Positions 1 through 10,132 of a stretch of 56,938 bases of DNA are shown piece after piece; within the stretch, counting starts at the first letter, position 1, and every line of letters starts with the position of its first letter. The notes below the pieces were generated by a model. It saw nothing but the letters and a program-made list of their open reading frames with translations. It had not been told where the DNA came from and did no database searches. The stretch spans positions 1 to 56,938 of the forward strand of contig JAURBD010000001.1 of the NCBI GenBank assembly GCA_030829155.1, in the 5' to 3' direction. The position numbers and the translations under genes are program-made. Source of the DNA: Flavobacteriaceae bacterium. GTDB lineage: Bacteria > Bacteroidota > Bacteroidia > Flavobacteriales > Flavobacteriaceae.

Positions 1-1025
1 AAATAAGCAAAGTCAGGTAAATTATGAATACGAACCCATTTCACTGGTTCTGTAACTCCTGTATATTCTTGATTTTCTTCATCCCAACCTACTGCAGCAT
101 ACAACTTTTTGATTTCTTTTGTGTAGAAATCTTTGGTGTATCCATTTTCTGGATCTTCTTCCCCATTATATTCTGCTATGTTCTGGTGGCAGTTCATACA
201 AACATTTAAAGATGGGATCCCAGAATGCTTGGATACTCGAGCAGATGAGTGACAATACTTACACTCTATTTCGTTGGCTCCCGGATGAATTTTATGAGAA
301 TAATGAATTGGTTGAACGGGCATATATCCTTGGTCAACTCCTACTTGCATTAGATATCCATATGCAAAATAAGCACTCGACAGAAGTAAAAATATTACGG
401 AAATCAATACCAAGAAGTGATTTTTTGCGAAGGCATCCCAAAGAGGTCTTCTTGGCTCTTTAGCTTCTTTGATCACTAATTCTACTCCGCTAGCTAAGGC
501 AATTCTTTTTAAGGTTTTGTTTACAAGAATTAACATAACCAATAGGATTGCAAAAACCAATACAAGAGCAGTAAGTATTAGGTCGTTCGAAACTCCACTT
601 GATGCAACTGCATTTGTGCTTGCTTGAACTTCTCCTGGTGGAGGTGGCGGAGGAGTATAGTCTGTATAGGCAATGATATTATCAATGTCTGCATTAGAAA
701 GTTGAGGAAATGCAGTCATTACAGATTTGTTATATTCTTCCCATATGGCTATGGCTTGAGCATCTCCAGATTTTATCATTGCAGAGCTATTTTTAATCCA
801 AGTATATAGCCATTCTCTATCATACTTGGAGGAAACTCCTTTTAACGCAGGACCTACAGCTTTTTTCTTGAGTTTGTGACATGCTGCACAATTTGCATTG
901 AATAATTTTTTCCCTGCAGCGGGGTCACTCTCTTGTGCAAATAATTGCGGCATAGTGAACATTGCAACTACTGTTAACGCGATGAATTTACCGGTGAAAA
1001 GAGCGTAAAGGTTTGACTTCCTCAT
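1..1025 (-). CDS. actA: Alternative complex III multiheme cytochrome c subunit (ActA-type: N-terminal monoheme domain plus multiheme domain); runs off the window start
   Basis: Hand translation from ATG at 1025: MRKSNLYALF...GKKLFNANCAACHKL...two TM helices...QPIHYSHKIHPGANEIECKYCH...SGIPSLNVCMNCH...VKWVRIHNLPDFAY. Three CxxCH motifs are visible and there is no stop before the edge, so the ORF track omitted it. Confidence 0.9.
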   Translation of the reverse strand, partial: MRKSNLYALFTGKFIALTVVAMFTMPQLFAQESDPAAGKKLFNANCAACHKLKKKAVGPALKGVSSKYDREWLYTWIKNSSAMIKSGDAQAIAIWEEYNKSVMTAFPQLSNADIDNIIAYTDYTPPPPPPGEVQASTNAVASSGVSNDLILTALVLVFAILLVMLILVNKTLKRIALASGVELVIKEAKEPRRPLWDAFAKNHFLVLISVIFLLLSSAYFAYGYLMQVGVDQGYMPVQPIHYSHKIHPGANEIECKYCHSSARVSKHSGIPSLNVCMNCHQNIAEYNGEEDPENGYTKDFYTKEIKKLYAAVGWDEENQEYTGVTEPVKWVRIHNLPDFAY

Positions 1026-1131
1026 GCTTATGTGTAAAATTTGATGATGATCAACTTATTTCTATACTTTATTTAGTGCAAAAATAAGACATAGACTTCG
1101 TTTGTTAAAAGGTTATTACTTGCACTTCTCT

Positions 1132-1152
1132 AATTTATACTCAATCTAAATA
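1132..1152. promoter_or_regulatory. Imperfect 8-5-8 palindrome (AATTTATA-n5-TCTAAATA), putative Fur-like box upstream of actA
   Basis: Matches the perfect TATTTAGA-n5-TCTAAATA palindrome at 42474-42494 with 2 mismatches and lies upstream of a heme-protein gene. Confidence 0.5.
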
Positions 1153-1210
1153 GTTTGTTAATTTCACTTAACTTTTCCAAACAAATGATAGATTTTTATT
1201 TCTTTGTGTT

Positions 1211-1600
1211 ATGAGAAAAAATAAATATGCTGCTTTATTGTCATTAATGCTTATTGGAGGGTTTACCTCAAAAGTTTTTGGGCAAAGCAAACCGGTTGTG
1301 ATTAATCAGGATACAAAAATAGAACGTATGGTTGAAATCAAGAAAAAAATTGATTCTGAACGTTATAATGCACAATATTATGCCATACAATTATATTATG
1401 GGAATCATACTGCAGCCAAAAATATTGTTAGAGATTTTGAGTTAAATTTTCCTGACACTGAAACCTCTTTGATTTTCGAAACTCCAAATTATAAAGTACG
1501 TGTTGGAAGATTTAAAGATATCATTAAAGCAAACATCATGCTCGAGGAGATTAAAAAGACTTATCCAGGTGCATTTTTACTTGAGCCTAATAATTTATAG
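1211..1600 (+). CDS. SPOR domain-containing exported protein
   Basis: Signal peptide followed by YAIQLYYG...[13 protein letters not shown]...YPGAF, a SPOR-like pattern. Confidence 0.8.
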   Translation: MRKNKYAALLSLMLIGGFTSKVFGQSKPVVINQDTKIERMVEIKKKIDSERYNAQYYAIQLYYGNHTAAKNIVRDFELNFPDTETSLIFETPNYKVRVGRFKDIIKANIMLEEIKKTYPGAFLLEPNNL

Positions 1601-4375
1601 AGTTTTCTTTACGGCCACTTCCTGGTAGAACTCAATCATATCCTCAACTTGAATGTCATTGTAATTCTTGATTTGAAGTCCACAATCATATCCTTTAGCT
1701 ACTTCCTTAACATCATCCTTGAAGCGTTTTAGGGAACTCAAAACTCCTGAGTACTGAACTACTCCTTCTCGAATAACTCGAATATTTGAATTGCGGTAAA
1801 TTTTACCTGTTGTAACCATACAACCAGCAATGGTACCTACCTTGGATATTTTGAAGGTTTCTCGAATTTCTGCATTCCCTGTAACTTCTTCTTTCATTTC
1901 GGGAGAAAGCAAACCTTCCATTGCATCTTTCACATCGTTAATTGCATCATAAATAATTGAGTAGGAACGAATGTCTATTTCTTCTTTTTCAGCAAGCATT
2001 CTAGCATTACCCATTGGACGAACATTAAATCCAATAACAATTGCATCAGAGGCAGATGCTAATAAAACATCGGATTCTGTGATTGCCCCAACACCTTTAT
2101 GAATAATATTTACCTGAATTTCCTCGGTAGATAATTTTTGAAGAGAATCTGTTAATGCTTCTACAGAACCATCAACATCTCCTTTTAAAATCATATTGAG
2201 TTCTTTGAAGTCGCCAAGAGCAATTCTTCTACCTATTTCATCTAAGGTAATATGACGTTGAGTACGAACATTTTGTTCTCGTAACAGTTGTGTTCTTTTA
2301 GCTGCAATTTGTTTTGCTTCCCTTTCGTCTTCAAGTACATTGAAGTTATCTCCTGCTTGTGGAGCTCCATCTAAACCTAAAATAGATACGGGGGTTGATG
2401 GTGGAGCTAATTCAATTGTTTTTCCTCTTTCATCAAACATGGCTTTTACCTTTCCACTGTGCTTTCCTGCCAGAAGATAATCACCAACTTTCAACGTACC
2501 TGTTTGGACCAGTATTGTAGAAACGTATCCACGTCCTTTATCTAAATAAGCCTCAACTACTGTTCCTTTGGATTTTCGATTTGGATTTGCTTTCAATTCT
2601 AATAACTCGGCTTCCAATAATACTTTTTCTAGCAGTTCTTTTATACCGGTACCCTTAAGGGCAGAGATGTCTTGAGATTGAACTTTACCTCCCCAATCCT
2701 CTACCATAAGATTCATTTGAGCAAGTGCTCCTTTAATCTTTTCAGGGTCTGAGGTCTCTTTATCGACTTTGTTTATCGCAAAAATTATTGGAACACCAGC
2801 TGCCTGAGCATGACTTATTGCTTCTTTGGTCTGTGGCATAATATCATCATCTGCTGCAATTACAATTATAGCAATGTCGGTTACTTGGGCACCACGAGCA
2901 CGCATAGCAGTAAATGCTTCATGACCCGGAGTATCTAAAAATGTTATTTTTAGTTTGTTTTTGAGAACTACAGAATATGCGCCAATGTGTTGTGTTATTC
3001 CTCCTGACTCACCAGCAATTACATTTTCACTTCGTATGTAGTCTAGTAAAGATGTTTTACCATGGTCAACATGACCCATTACGGTAACAATTGGTGCACG
3101 AGGTTCTAAGTCTGCTGAATCCTCTACTTCTTCTTCAGTAAAACTCTCTTCAAGATCACTCTTGACAAAATCTACTTCAAAACCAAACTCCTCAGCAACA
3201 ATGCTCAAGGTCTCTGCATCAAGTCGTTGATTCATGGTTACCATGATCCCAAGAGACATACAAGCGGAGATGATTTCGGTCCCACTAACTTCCATTAAAG
3301 TAGCAACGTCGCCCACAGTGATGAATTCGGTTACTTTTATGATCTTACTTTCTGCTTCGAGCTGAGCTAATTCTTCTTCTGTCTTTTGACGGTGTTGAAC
3401 ACGCTTATCTCTTCGGTATTTTGCTCCTTTTGATTTATTTGACTTCCCTTGAAGTTTTTCAAGAGTCTCTCTAATCTGCTTTTGCACCTCTTCTTCAGTT
3501 GGCTCTACCTTTGGTAAAACTGCTGGGCGATTTGGCCTTTTTTGTTGACCGGTACCTCTTCTATTATTTTGAGATGTTGAAGCTCCAGGCTTAGGACTAG
3601 CGGGCTCTTTGCTTATTCTTTTACGTTTTTTCTTGCGAGCATCTTCAACACTTTTTTCTTTCTTATTGAAAGAATCTAGATCAATGACCACTCCTGTTTT
3701 CTTTGGCCCTGATAATTTTGCATAGTTAGTTGCTATGGTACTGTCTCCTTCTAGAGGTGTTTCTTCTTCATTAGACCCTGACGAGGAGTCTTCCTTAGAG
3801 GGAGTTTCTGTTTTTTCTACAACAGATTTAGAAGATTCTTTTCCAGTTTCCTTAGCTACAATTTCCTTACCCGAATTATCTCCCTTTTGGGGAGTTGTCT
3901 TTTTCAAAGTAGGTTGATTGATTTCCTCTTTTGATTTGGGTGTTTCTTTTTTAGCAACTTTTTCTTGATCATCAGAAGGAAAAGAAACTTTTGGAGCTCC
4001 AACTTTTGTTGTGTTTAAATCAATTTTACCAAGAGACTTGGGCCGGTTTAAGTTTGCTGTTGCACGAATGACCTCTTGCTTTTCTAGGCGCTCTTTTTCA
4101 CGTTGTTGTTTTTCAAGCTCTAATTTTTCTTGTTGTAAACGCTGGGCCTCTTTTTCTTTTCGTTTTTCCTCACTAATTTCGGCAGAAGCATCTTTCTTGG
4201 ATTTATCATTTGCAAATTCATCCAACAATACCTTATAAACCTCTTGAGATATTTTGGTTGTAGGCCGAGCCTCTACATCATGACCCATCTGAGAAAGATG
4301 TTCAACGGCTCTATCCAGAGAAATATTGAATTCTCTCAAGACTTTGTTTAATCGTATTGTCGGTTGATCTGGCAT
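1595..4375 (-). CDS. infB: Translation initiation factor IF-2
   Basis: [16 protein letters not shown] and NKVD GTPase motifs; follows nusA. Confidence 0.99.
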   Translation of the reverse strand: MPDQPTIRLNKVLREFNISLDRAVEHLSQMGHDVEARPTTKISQEVYKVLLDEFANDKSKKDASAEISEEKRKEKEAQRLQQEKLELEKQQREKERLEKQEVIRATANLNRPKSLGKIDLNTTKVGAPKVSFPSDDQEKVAKKETPKSKEEINQPTLKKTTPQKGDNSGKEIVAKETGKESSKSVVEKTETPSKEDSSSGSNEEETPLEGDSTIATNYAKLSGPKKTGVVIDLDSFNKKEKSVEDARKKKRKRISKEPASPKPGASTSQNNRRGTGQQKRPNRPAVLPKVEPTEEEVQKQIRETLEKLQGKSNKSKGAKYRRDKRVQHRQKTEEELAQLEAESKIIKVTEFITVGDVATLMEVSGTEIISACMSLGIMVTMNQRLDAETLSIVAEEFGFEVDFVKSDLEESFTEEEVEDSADLEPRAPIVTVMGHVDHGKTSLLDYIRSENVIAGESGGITQHIGAYSVVLKNKLKITFLDTPGHEAFTAMRARGAQVTDIAIIVIAADDDIMPQTKEAISHAQAAGVPIIFAINKVDKETSDPEKIKGALAQMNLMVEDWGGKVQSQDISALKGTGIKELLEKVLLEAELLELKANPNRKSKGTVVEAYLDKGRGYVSTILVQTGTLKVGDYLLAGKHSGKVKAMFDERGKTIELAPPSTPVSILGLDGAPQAGDNFNVLEDEREAKQIAAKRTQLLREQNVRTQRHITLDEIGRRIALGDFKELNMILKGDVDGSVEALTDSLQKLSTEEIQVNIIHKGVGAITESDVLLASASDAIVIGFNVRPMGNARMLAEKEEIDIRSYSIIYDAINDVKDAMEGLLSPEMKEEVTGNAEIRETFKISKVGTIAGCMVTTGKIYRNSNIRVIREGVVQYSGVLSSLKRFKDDVKEVAKGYDCGLQIKNYNDIQVEDMIEFYQEVAVKKTL

Positions 4376-4422
4376 ACTTATTTTTTCTTCTATTCAAAAA
4401 TATGGAATTAAAATGCTTAAAA

Positions 4423-5655
4423 CTAATCTTCGAATTCCTCTTTTAATATTTTAAAAACTTCTAGTATCGTTTCTTCTTCCAAATCAGTGCGTTTTGCTAG
4501 ATCAGAAACTTCTAATTCTAGAATGCTTTTTGCAGTGTCTAAACCTACTTTCTTGAATTCGTCAATAATCCAAGACTCGATTTCATCCGTAAACTCAGTT
4601 AATTCAACATCTTCTTCCGCACCTTCACGGTAAACATCAATTTCAAATCCTGTCAATTGACCTGCAAGACGTATGTTATGACCACCCTTTCCTATTGCTT
4701 TGGACACTTCTTCTGGATTTAAAAAAACCTGAACACGCTTTGTTTCTTCATTAATTTTTAATGAATTAACCTTTGCTGGAGAAAGGGAACGTGTTATGAA
4801 AAGTTGAAGGTTATTTGTGAAATTAATTACATCAATATTTTCGTTTCCTAACTCCCGAACAATTCCATGAATACGTGATCCTTTCATTCCAACACATGCT
4901 CCTACTGGATCAATCCGATCGTCATAGGAGTCAACAGCAACTTTTGCTTTTTCACCTGGAATTCTTACTGCTTTCTTTATTGTAATTAATCCATCAAAAA
5001 CTTCAGGAATTTCTTGTTCAAAAAGCTTCTCTAAAAATTTAGGAGATGTTCTTGAAAGAATAATCCTCGGTTTATTTCCTCTTAATTCAACAGATTCAAT
5101 AATTCCACGAACATTATCACCTTTACGATAAAAATCTGCTGGAATTTGTCGATCCTTTGGAAGGATGAGTTCATTTCCGTCATCATCCAAAAGAATAACC
5201 TCTCTACTTCTTATGTGATGAACTTCAGCTGTATATAAATCTCCTTCAAGATCTTTGAATTGTTTGAAAATGTTGTTGCTGTCGTGTTCAAATATCTTAG
5301 CAATCAAGTTTTGACGTAAAGATAAAATTGATCTTCGACCCAAATCGATTAGCTTCACTTCTTCGGAAACATCTTCCCCAACTTCAAAATCAGGTTCAAT
5401 TTTCTGAGCATGTGTTAATTCAATTTCTTGATTTGGATCCTCTACCGCCCCATCAGCCACAACAACACGGTTTCTCCAAATTTCTAAATCTCCTTTATCG
5501 GGGTTGATGATGATATCAAAATTATCATCCGAACCAAACTTACGTTTTAGCGTGTTTCTGAAAACTTCTTCCAAAATAACCATGAGGGTTACTCTGTCTA
5601 TTAATTTTTCATCCTTAAATTCAGAAAAGGAATCAATAAGTGCTAAATTTTCCAT
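4423..5655 (-). CDS. nusA: Transcription termination/antitermination factor NusA
   Basis: S1 and KH domains, DPVGACVGMKGSRI, AIGKGGHNIRLA. Confidence 0.99.
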   Translation of the reverse strand: MENLALIDSFSEFKDEKLIDRVTLMVILEEVFRNTLKRKFGSDDNFDIIINPDKGDLEIWRNRVVVADGAVEDPNQEIELTHAQKIEPDFEVGEDVSEEVKLIDLGRRSILSLRQNLIAKIFEHDSNNIFKQFKDLEGDLYTAEVHHIRSREVILLDDDGNELILPKDRQIPADFYRKGDNVRGIIESVELRGNKPRIILSRTSPKFLEKLFEQEIPEVFDGLITIKKAVRIPGEKAKVAVDSYDDRIDPVGACVGMKGSRIHGIVRELGNENIDVINFTNNLQLFITRSLSPAKVNSLKINEETKRVQVFLNPEEVSKAIGKGGHNIRLAGQLTGFEIDVYREGAEEDVELTEFTDEIESWIIDEFKKVGLDTAKSILELEVSDLAKRTDLEEETILEVFKILKEEFED

Positions 5656-5670
5656 TTTGTTATTGCTAAA

Positions 5671-6135
5671 TTATTTAATAATCACTTTCGCTTTTTTAAT
5701 TGATGTAAATGCCAATTTTTTTGTTTTTGTTACGGTAACCTTGCCTTTTCCTACAGGCTTGGGCTCTCTAGCTTTCCACTCCAAAGTAATACCTTCTTGG
5801 TTTGCTTTAGACAAATTTCCTTTAAAAATCTGGTCATCGAGATTGATTACTTCTAAAGTTCTTCCTATGTTTTTGATGTACTGCCTTGGTATTGCTAAAG
5901 CAGAACCTACTCCTACCGAACTTACCTCCAAAGAAAAATTGTGTTCTTCTCGATCAATATTATGTTCTATTTGTCGACTAACTGCTATGCAGGATTCCAG
6001 TGTAACTCCTTCATCACCGTCCAATAAAACAACTATATTATTGTCAGGACCGATTTTTAAATCTATCAAAAATAAACTTGGATTTCTATCCAAGGCTACT
6101 TGTAAAAGTCCTGCTACTGTCTTTTTAAAATTCAT
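5671..6135 (-). CDS. rimP: Ribosome maturation factor RimP
   Basis: FSLEVSSVG, RQYIKNIGR; first gene of rimP-nusA-infB. Confidence 0.95.
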   Translation of the reverse strand: MNFKKTVAGLLQVALDRNPSLFLIDLKIGPDNNIVVLLDGDEGVTLESCIAVSRQIEHNIDREEHNFSLEVSSVGVGSALAIPRQYIKNIGRTLEVINLDDQIFKGNLSKANQEGITLEWKAREPKPVGKGKVTVTKTKKLAFTSIKKAKVIIK

Positions 6136-6138
6136 TAT

Positions 6139-6165
6139 AAAAAAAAGGGGACTTAAAGCCTCCTT
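6139..6165 (-). promoter_or_regulatory. rimP leader hairpin with U-tract (putative attenuator)
   Basis: Minus strand AAGGAGGC-TTTAA-GTCCCCTT followed by a T run ending 3 nt before the rimP ATG; -7 element TATATTTG at 6191-6198. Confidence 0.5.
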
Positions 6166-6527
6166 AGTTGTATTTACTCAAAAATCCATGCAAATATAAT
6201 TATTTTATATTAATTAAGTGCCCTTTTATTCGAGAAAAATAATTCAAGATTATCCAAAGGAATTCAAATTAACTTCTACACTTTGGTGTGACTTCTCTAA
6301 TAAATTATTAGTTTGATTTGAAAGTAAAAAATTTAATGGATGTTTGTTGTTCTTAGGAAATTCTTACTGAAAAAAAATCAAAGAGTTTTCTAATTTAAAT
6401 TTGACCAAGTCTAATTGAACTTTTAATACCTTATAATTTTACAAAAACTTAATAAATTTTTTAAAATAAGTGTTTTAAGAATTTTATTTAAAAAAGTGTA
6501 CTTTTAGTGAAATCATAATTAATTATC

Positions 6528-7796
6528 ATGAAAAAAATAATTCTACTACTGATTGGAATTCTTCTTTTAATTGTTCTTTATGAGGTATTTAATAATGATA
6601 TGCCTGAGTACAACCCTGAACGATCTTATGTTGACTTAGAAGAAGAAATACTAGAAGCATTTATCCTTGCTAAAGACAGTGCTACGATTGAACTTCCAGA
6701 AGGACATTTTTTATTTTCTCAAGCATTGAGCATTGACAGAAAAAATCATATTACTATCAAGGGGAAAGGAATAGACAAAACCATACTTTCATTCAAAGGG
6801 CAGACAAAAGGAGCTGAAGGGGTTTTGGTTACAAACTGCACTAATTTCACCATTGAAGATCTAACCATCGAAGATGCTGCAGGGGACAATCTGAAAATCA
6901 GCGAATCGGATTATGTTACAATTCGCAACATAAGATCTGCGTGGACAGGTAAAGTATCAACCCAAAATGGTGCCTATGGAATTTATCCTGTGTTGACAAC
7001 TAACCTTTTGATTGAAGGCTGCGAAGCCATCGGAGCTTCGGATGCAGGAATCTATGTCGGCCAATCCAAAAATGTCGTTATTCGAAACAATAAAGCATTT
7101 TATAATGTTGCAGGGATTGAAAGTGAAAATAGTACAGAGGTGAAAATTTATAACAACAACATCTATGAAAATACCGGAGGGTTATTGATTTTTAACCTCC
7201 CAAAACTTATCGTTTATGGGGGAAAAATACAGGCATACAACAATAGAATTTACAACAATAATCTAAAGAATTTTGGTGTTAAAGGCTCTATTGTTAGTGA
7301 AGTACCTAAAGGGACTGGAGCAATTATCATGGCTACACAAGAAGTGAATTTTCACGATAATACAGTCGAAGACCACGCGACTTCGAATCTTTCCATTGTG
7401 AGTTATTTAGTATTTGCTGCCACTGAAGATCCTGAAGCAAAAGTTGATTCATCTATTCAAGATCGAGACATTCGAGCTGTAGAATCTGATTATGAGTCGG
7501 ATTCCAAATACAATGCATATCCTGGAAAATTGTCGATTAGCAACAACACATTTAAGAATAAGTTTTGGTTTCCTACTCTTAGTAATGAATACGGTTGGTT
7601 GATGCTATTCAAAAACAAAATGAAAATCCCTGATATTGCTTATGATGGAATTCTTCCGGAGGGAGCAAATCTCCAGGATAGTGAACATAAAATTTGCTTA
7701 AGAGATAATGGAGCATTGAATTTTGTTTTTATGGATGCTGCGAATGACTTTGAAAATTTCTCTAACGAAGTTTCGCCTTATTTGTGTATACTCTAA
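6528..7796 (+). CDS. Parallel beta-helix repeat protein (TIGR03805-like), N-terminal membrane anchor or signal
   Basis: NGAYGIYPV, GASDAGIYVGQS, NVAGIESENS and NTGG motifs; Asn-rich beta-helix repeats; paired with the downstream diheme cytochrome. Confidence 0.85.
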   Translation: MKKIILLLIGILLLIVLYEVFNNDMPEYNPERSYVDLEEEILEAFILAKDSATIELPEGHFLFSQALSIDRKNHITIKGKGIDKTILSFKGQTKGAEGVLVTNCTNFTIEDLTIEDAAGDNLKISESDYVTIRNIRSAWTGKVSTQNGAYGIYPVLTTNLLIEGCEAIGASDAGIYVGQSKNVVIRNNKAFYNVAGIESENSTEVKIYNNNIYENTGGLLIFNLPKLIVYGGKIQAYNNRIYNNNLKNFGVKGSIVSEVPKGTGAIIMATQEVNFHDNTVEDHATSNLSIVSYLVFAATEDPEAKVDSSIQDRDIRAVESDYESDSKYNAYPGKLSISNNTFKNKFWFPTLSNEYGWLMLFKNKMKIPDIAYDGILPEGANLQDSEHKICLRDNGALNFVFMDAANDFENFSNEVSPYLCIL

Positions 7797-7808
7797 TATT
7801 TTTCGCAG

Positions 7809-8912
7809 ATGCAATACTATCGCTTAGTACAAATTATTTTAATTTTTTCTGCTTGTCTATCTTGTCAAGATGGAAAAGAAAAAAAAATTCCTCCCAAGGC
7901 TAAAAGAATAGCATCTTTTAAATCACTAATTAAGAAAGAAACCCGAGAAAAAGAACTATTATCGGAATATGGGTTTTTCAAATTCCCTTTAGCAAACTTG
8001 AATCCAACCGATAATGTTATCCTATATGATCTCAACACACCTCTTTTTTCTGATTATGCCTTCAAAAAACGTTTTGTTTATGTGCCTAATTCCACCAATA
8101 TCGGTTACAAAAACAAAGGAGTTCTGAACTTTAAAAACGGGAGTGTTTTAATCAAAAATTTTTTTTATCCTGAAGATTTCAGAAAACCCAATAAGGAAAA
8201 AAGGATTATTGAAACCCGACTTTTAGTCAAAGAAAATGATAGTTGGAAACCGCTCAATTATGTCTGGAACTCAGAACAAACCGATGCCATTCTGAATTAT
8301 GTTGGGAAAGAAGAACAAGTACGTTGGATCGATAATAAGGGTAATAAAAGAACCACTTCCTATACAGTTCCCAATCTAAATCAATGTAAAAATTGTCATG
8401 CAAAAGGGAAAAATATAACACCCATTGGACCTACAGCTGCTCAATGGAATAAATCCTATGCACTATCACTTACAAATAAAAATCAATTGGATTACTTTAA
8501 TGAAATAGGAATGCTAGAAAAAGTTGTTGAACCTTCATTACGCCCAAAAATGCCAGTTTGGAATGATGCTCTACTACCTATCGATCATCGTGCCAAAGCC
8601 TATTTAGATGTGAATTGCGCTCATTGTCATAGCCTTGAAGGAAGTGCAAAAAATTCTGGATTATACCTGAGTTACACCCAACAAAACTCTAGAAAACGAG
8701 GAGTATTCAAACCCCCTGTTGCTGCAGGAAAAGGTTCTGGAAATTTAATCTATGATATTGTCCCAGGTCATCCCGAAGAATCCATCCTAATTTATCGGAT
8801 GAAAAGTAATGACCCGTCTATTCGTATGCCTGAAATTGGTCGCTCTACTGTGCACAAAGAAGGTATTGATTTATTGGAAGAGTACATTGTAACACTTGCC
8901 AAAAGCAAATAA
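7809..8912 (+). CDS. SO2930-family diheme c-type cytochrome, putative lipoprotein (TIGR03806-like)
   Basis: LNTPLFSDYAFKKRF, IETRLL, CKNCH, YLDVNCAHCH, PPVAAG, MPEIGRS; lipobox-like CLSC. Confidence 0.85.
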   Translation: MQYYRLVQIILIFSACLSCQDGKEKKIPPKAKRIASFKSLIKKETREKELLSEYGFFKFPLANLNPTDNVILYDLNTPLFSDYAFKKRFVYVPNSTNIGYKNKGVLNFKNGSVLIKNFFYPEDFRKPNKEKRIIETRLLVKENDSWKPLNYVWNSEQTDAILNYVGKEEQVRWIDNKGNKRTTSYTVPNLNQCKNCHAKGKNITPIGPTAAQWNKSYALSLTNKNQLDYFNEIGMLEKVVEPSLRPKMPVWNDALLPIDHRAKAYLDVNCAHCHSLEGSAKNSGLYLSYTQQNSRKRGVFKPPVAAGKGSGNLIYDIVPGHPEESILIYRMKSNDPSIRMPEIGRSTVHKEGIDLLEEYIVTLAKSK

Positions 8913-8950
8913 AATTATTTGTTGCTGTGAAGTATGTCTTCATTTTGATT

Positions 8951-8958
8951 TATCTTTG
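8951..8958 (+). promoter_or_regulatory. Bacteroidota sigma-70 -7 element (TATCTTTG) for the vWA/AAA pair
   Basis: Exact TAnnTTTG 26 nt upstream of the ATG at 8985. Confidence 0.6.
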
Positions 8959-8984
8959 AATATTGATCTAAAAAAGGGATTCCC

Positions 8985-10109
8985 ATGTTACCGCTCAGTT
9001 TCAAATCAGGTTTTGTGTTCGGAAAACACATAAAAAAAGTTCAGACACCCTTCGAACGTCTATTTGAAATATTCAAAGAACTCATTACTCATACTTCAGG
9101 TGATTTTGATGAAGCAATTGATTGGTTGAGAGAATTGGATAAAGAATATAAACTCACAGATGAAGATTACACCATTGATGATTTTGTAGACGATTTACTT
9201 AAAAGATCTTTTATTCAATCCAAAACAGGCACTGGGGGTAAAAACGATAGAATGCAACTTACCGCCAAAACAGAAAAATTACTCAGAGAGCATGCCCTAA
9301 AACAAATCTTTGGGAAATTAAAACGATCTGGATCAGGAAATCATAAAACAAAAAAATTAGGTCAAGGAGAGGAAACCACAGGTGAATTAAAAGCATATCA
9401 ATTTGGAGATGGATTGGAAAAAATTGATGTTACAGAGAGCATAAAAAATGCTCAAATAAGGTCAGTTGGGGATGATTTTACTTTACAACACCAAGATTTG
9501 GTTGTTGAAGATTCTATGCATAAAACTCAAATGAGTACTGTTCTAATGATTGACATCAGCCACAGCATGATTCTTTATGGTGAGGATCGCATTACCCCGG
9601 CCAAAAAAGTTGCAATGGCATTAGCCGAGCTCATTACAACACGATATCCAAAAGACACCCTTGACATATTAGTCTTTGGAAATGATGCTAAACCTATTGA
9701 ACTCAAAAAAATTCCTTACTTAGAAGTAGGTCCATATCATACCAATACAGTAGCTGGTCTTGAATTAGCTATGGACATGCTTCGAAGAAAAAAAAATACC
9801 AACAAACAAATTTTCATGATTACAGATGGAAAACCAAGTTGTTTAAAAATGCCCGATGGAACCTACTATAAAAACAGTGTCGGTTTGGACGATGTAATTG
9901 TAGAAAAATGCTATAATATGGCCAGACAGGCAAAAAAAATACACATCCCGATAACAACCTTTATGATAGCACAAGATCAATATCTGCAACATTTTGTTCG
10001 GGAATTCACCAAAGCCAACCAAGGGAAAGCATTCTTTACAGGCTTAAAAGGCTTGGGTGAAATGATCTTTGAAGATTATGAAAAAAACAGAAAAAAACGT
10101 TTAGGCTAA
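8985..10109 (+). CDS. von Willebrand factor A domain protein (ChlD-like C-terminal vWA)
   Basis: MIDAS motif DISHS, plus YHTNT and ITDGKP. Confidence 0.9.
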   Translation: MLPLSFKSGFVFGKHIKKVQTPFERLFEIFKELITHTSGDFDEAIDWLRELDKEYKLTDEDYTIDDFVDDLLKRSFIQSKTGTGGKNDRMQLTAKTEKLLREHALKQIFGKLKRSGSGNHKTKKLGQGEETTGELKAYQFGDGLEKIDVTESIKNAQIRSVGDDFTLQHQDLVVEDSMHKTQMSTVLMIDISHSMILYGEDRITPAKKVAMALAELITTRYPKDTLDILVFGNDAKPIELKKIPYLEVGPYHTNTVAGLELAMDMLRRKKNTNKQIFMITDGKPSCLKMPDGTYYKNSVGLDDVIVEKCYNMARQAKKIHIPITTFMIAQDQYLQHFVREFTKANQGKAFFTGLKGLGEMIFEDYEKNRKKRLG

Positions 10110-10132
10110 CCTAAAGTTTCAATTATATTATT

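Noticed and set aside
24-809. Three + strand ORFs (24-209, 119-463, 624-809)
   Set aside because: They are antisense shadows of actA with no recognisable motifs
5504-6199. 231-aa + strand ORF
   Set aside because: It is antisense to rimP and nusA and has no protein-like features
6200-6527. Possible att-site duplication of the tRNA-Gln 3' end, or a gene remnant, at the left edge of the accessory block
   Set aside because: No copy of the tRNA 3' sequence was found by eye. A short minus-strand frame (KHPLNFLL...NSFG*) is unrecognisable, and the weak palindrome at 6397-6417 has 5 mismatches.
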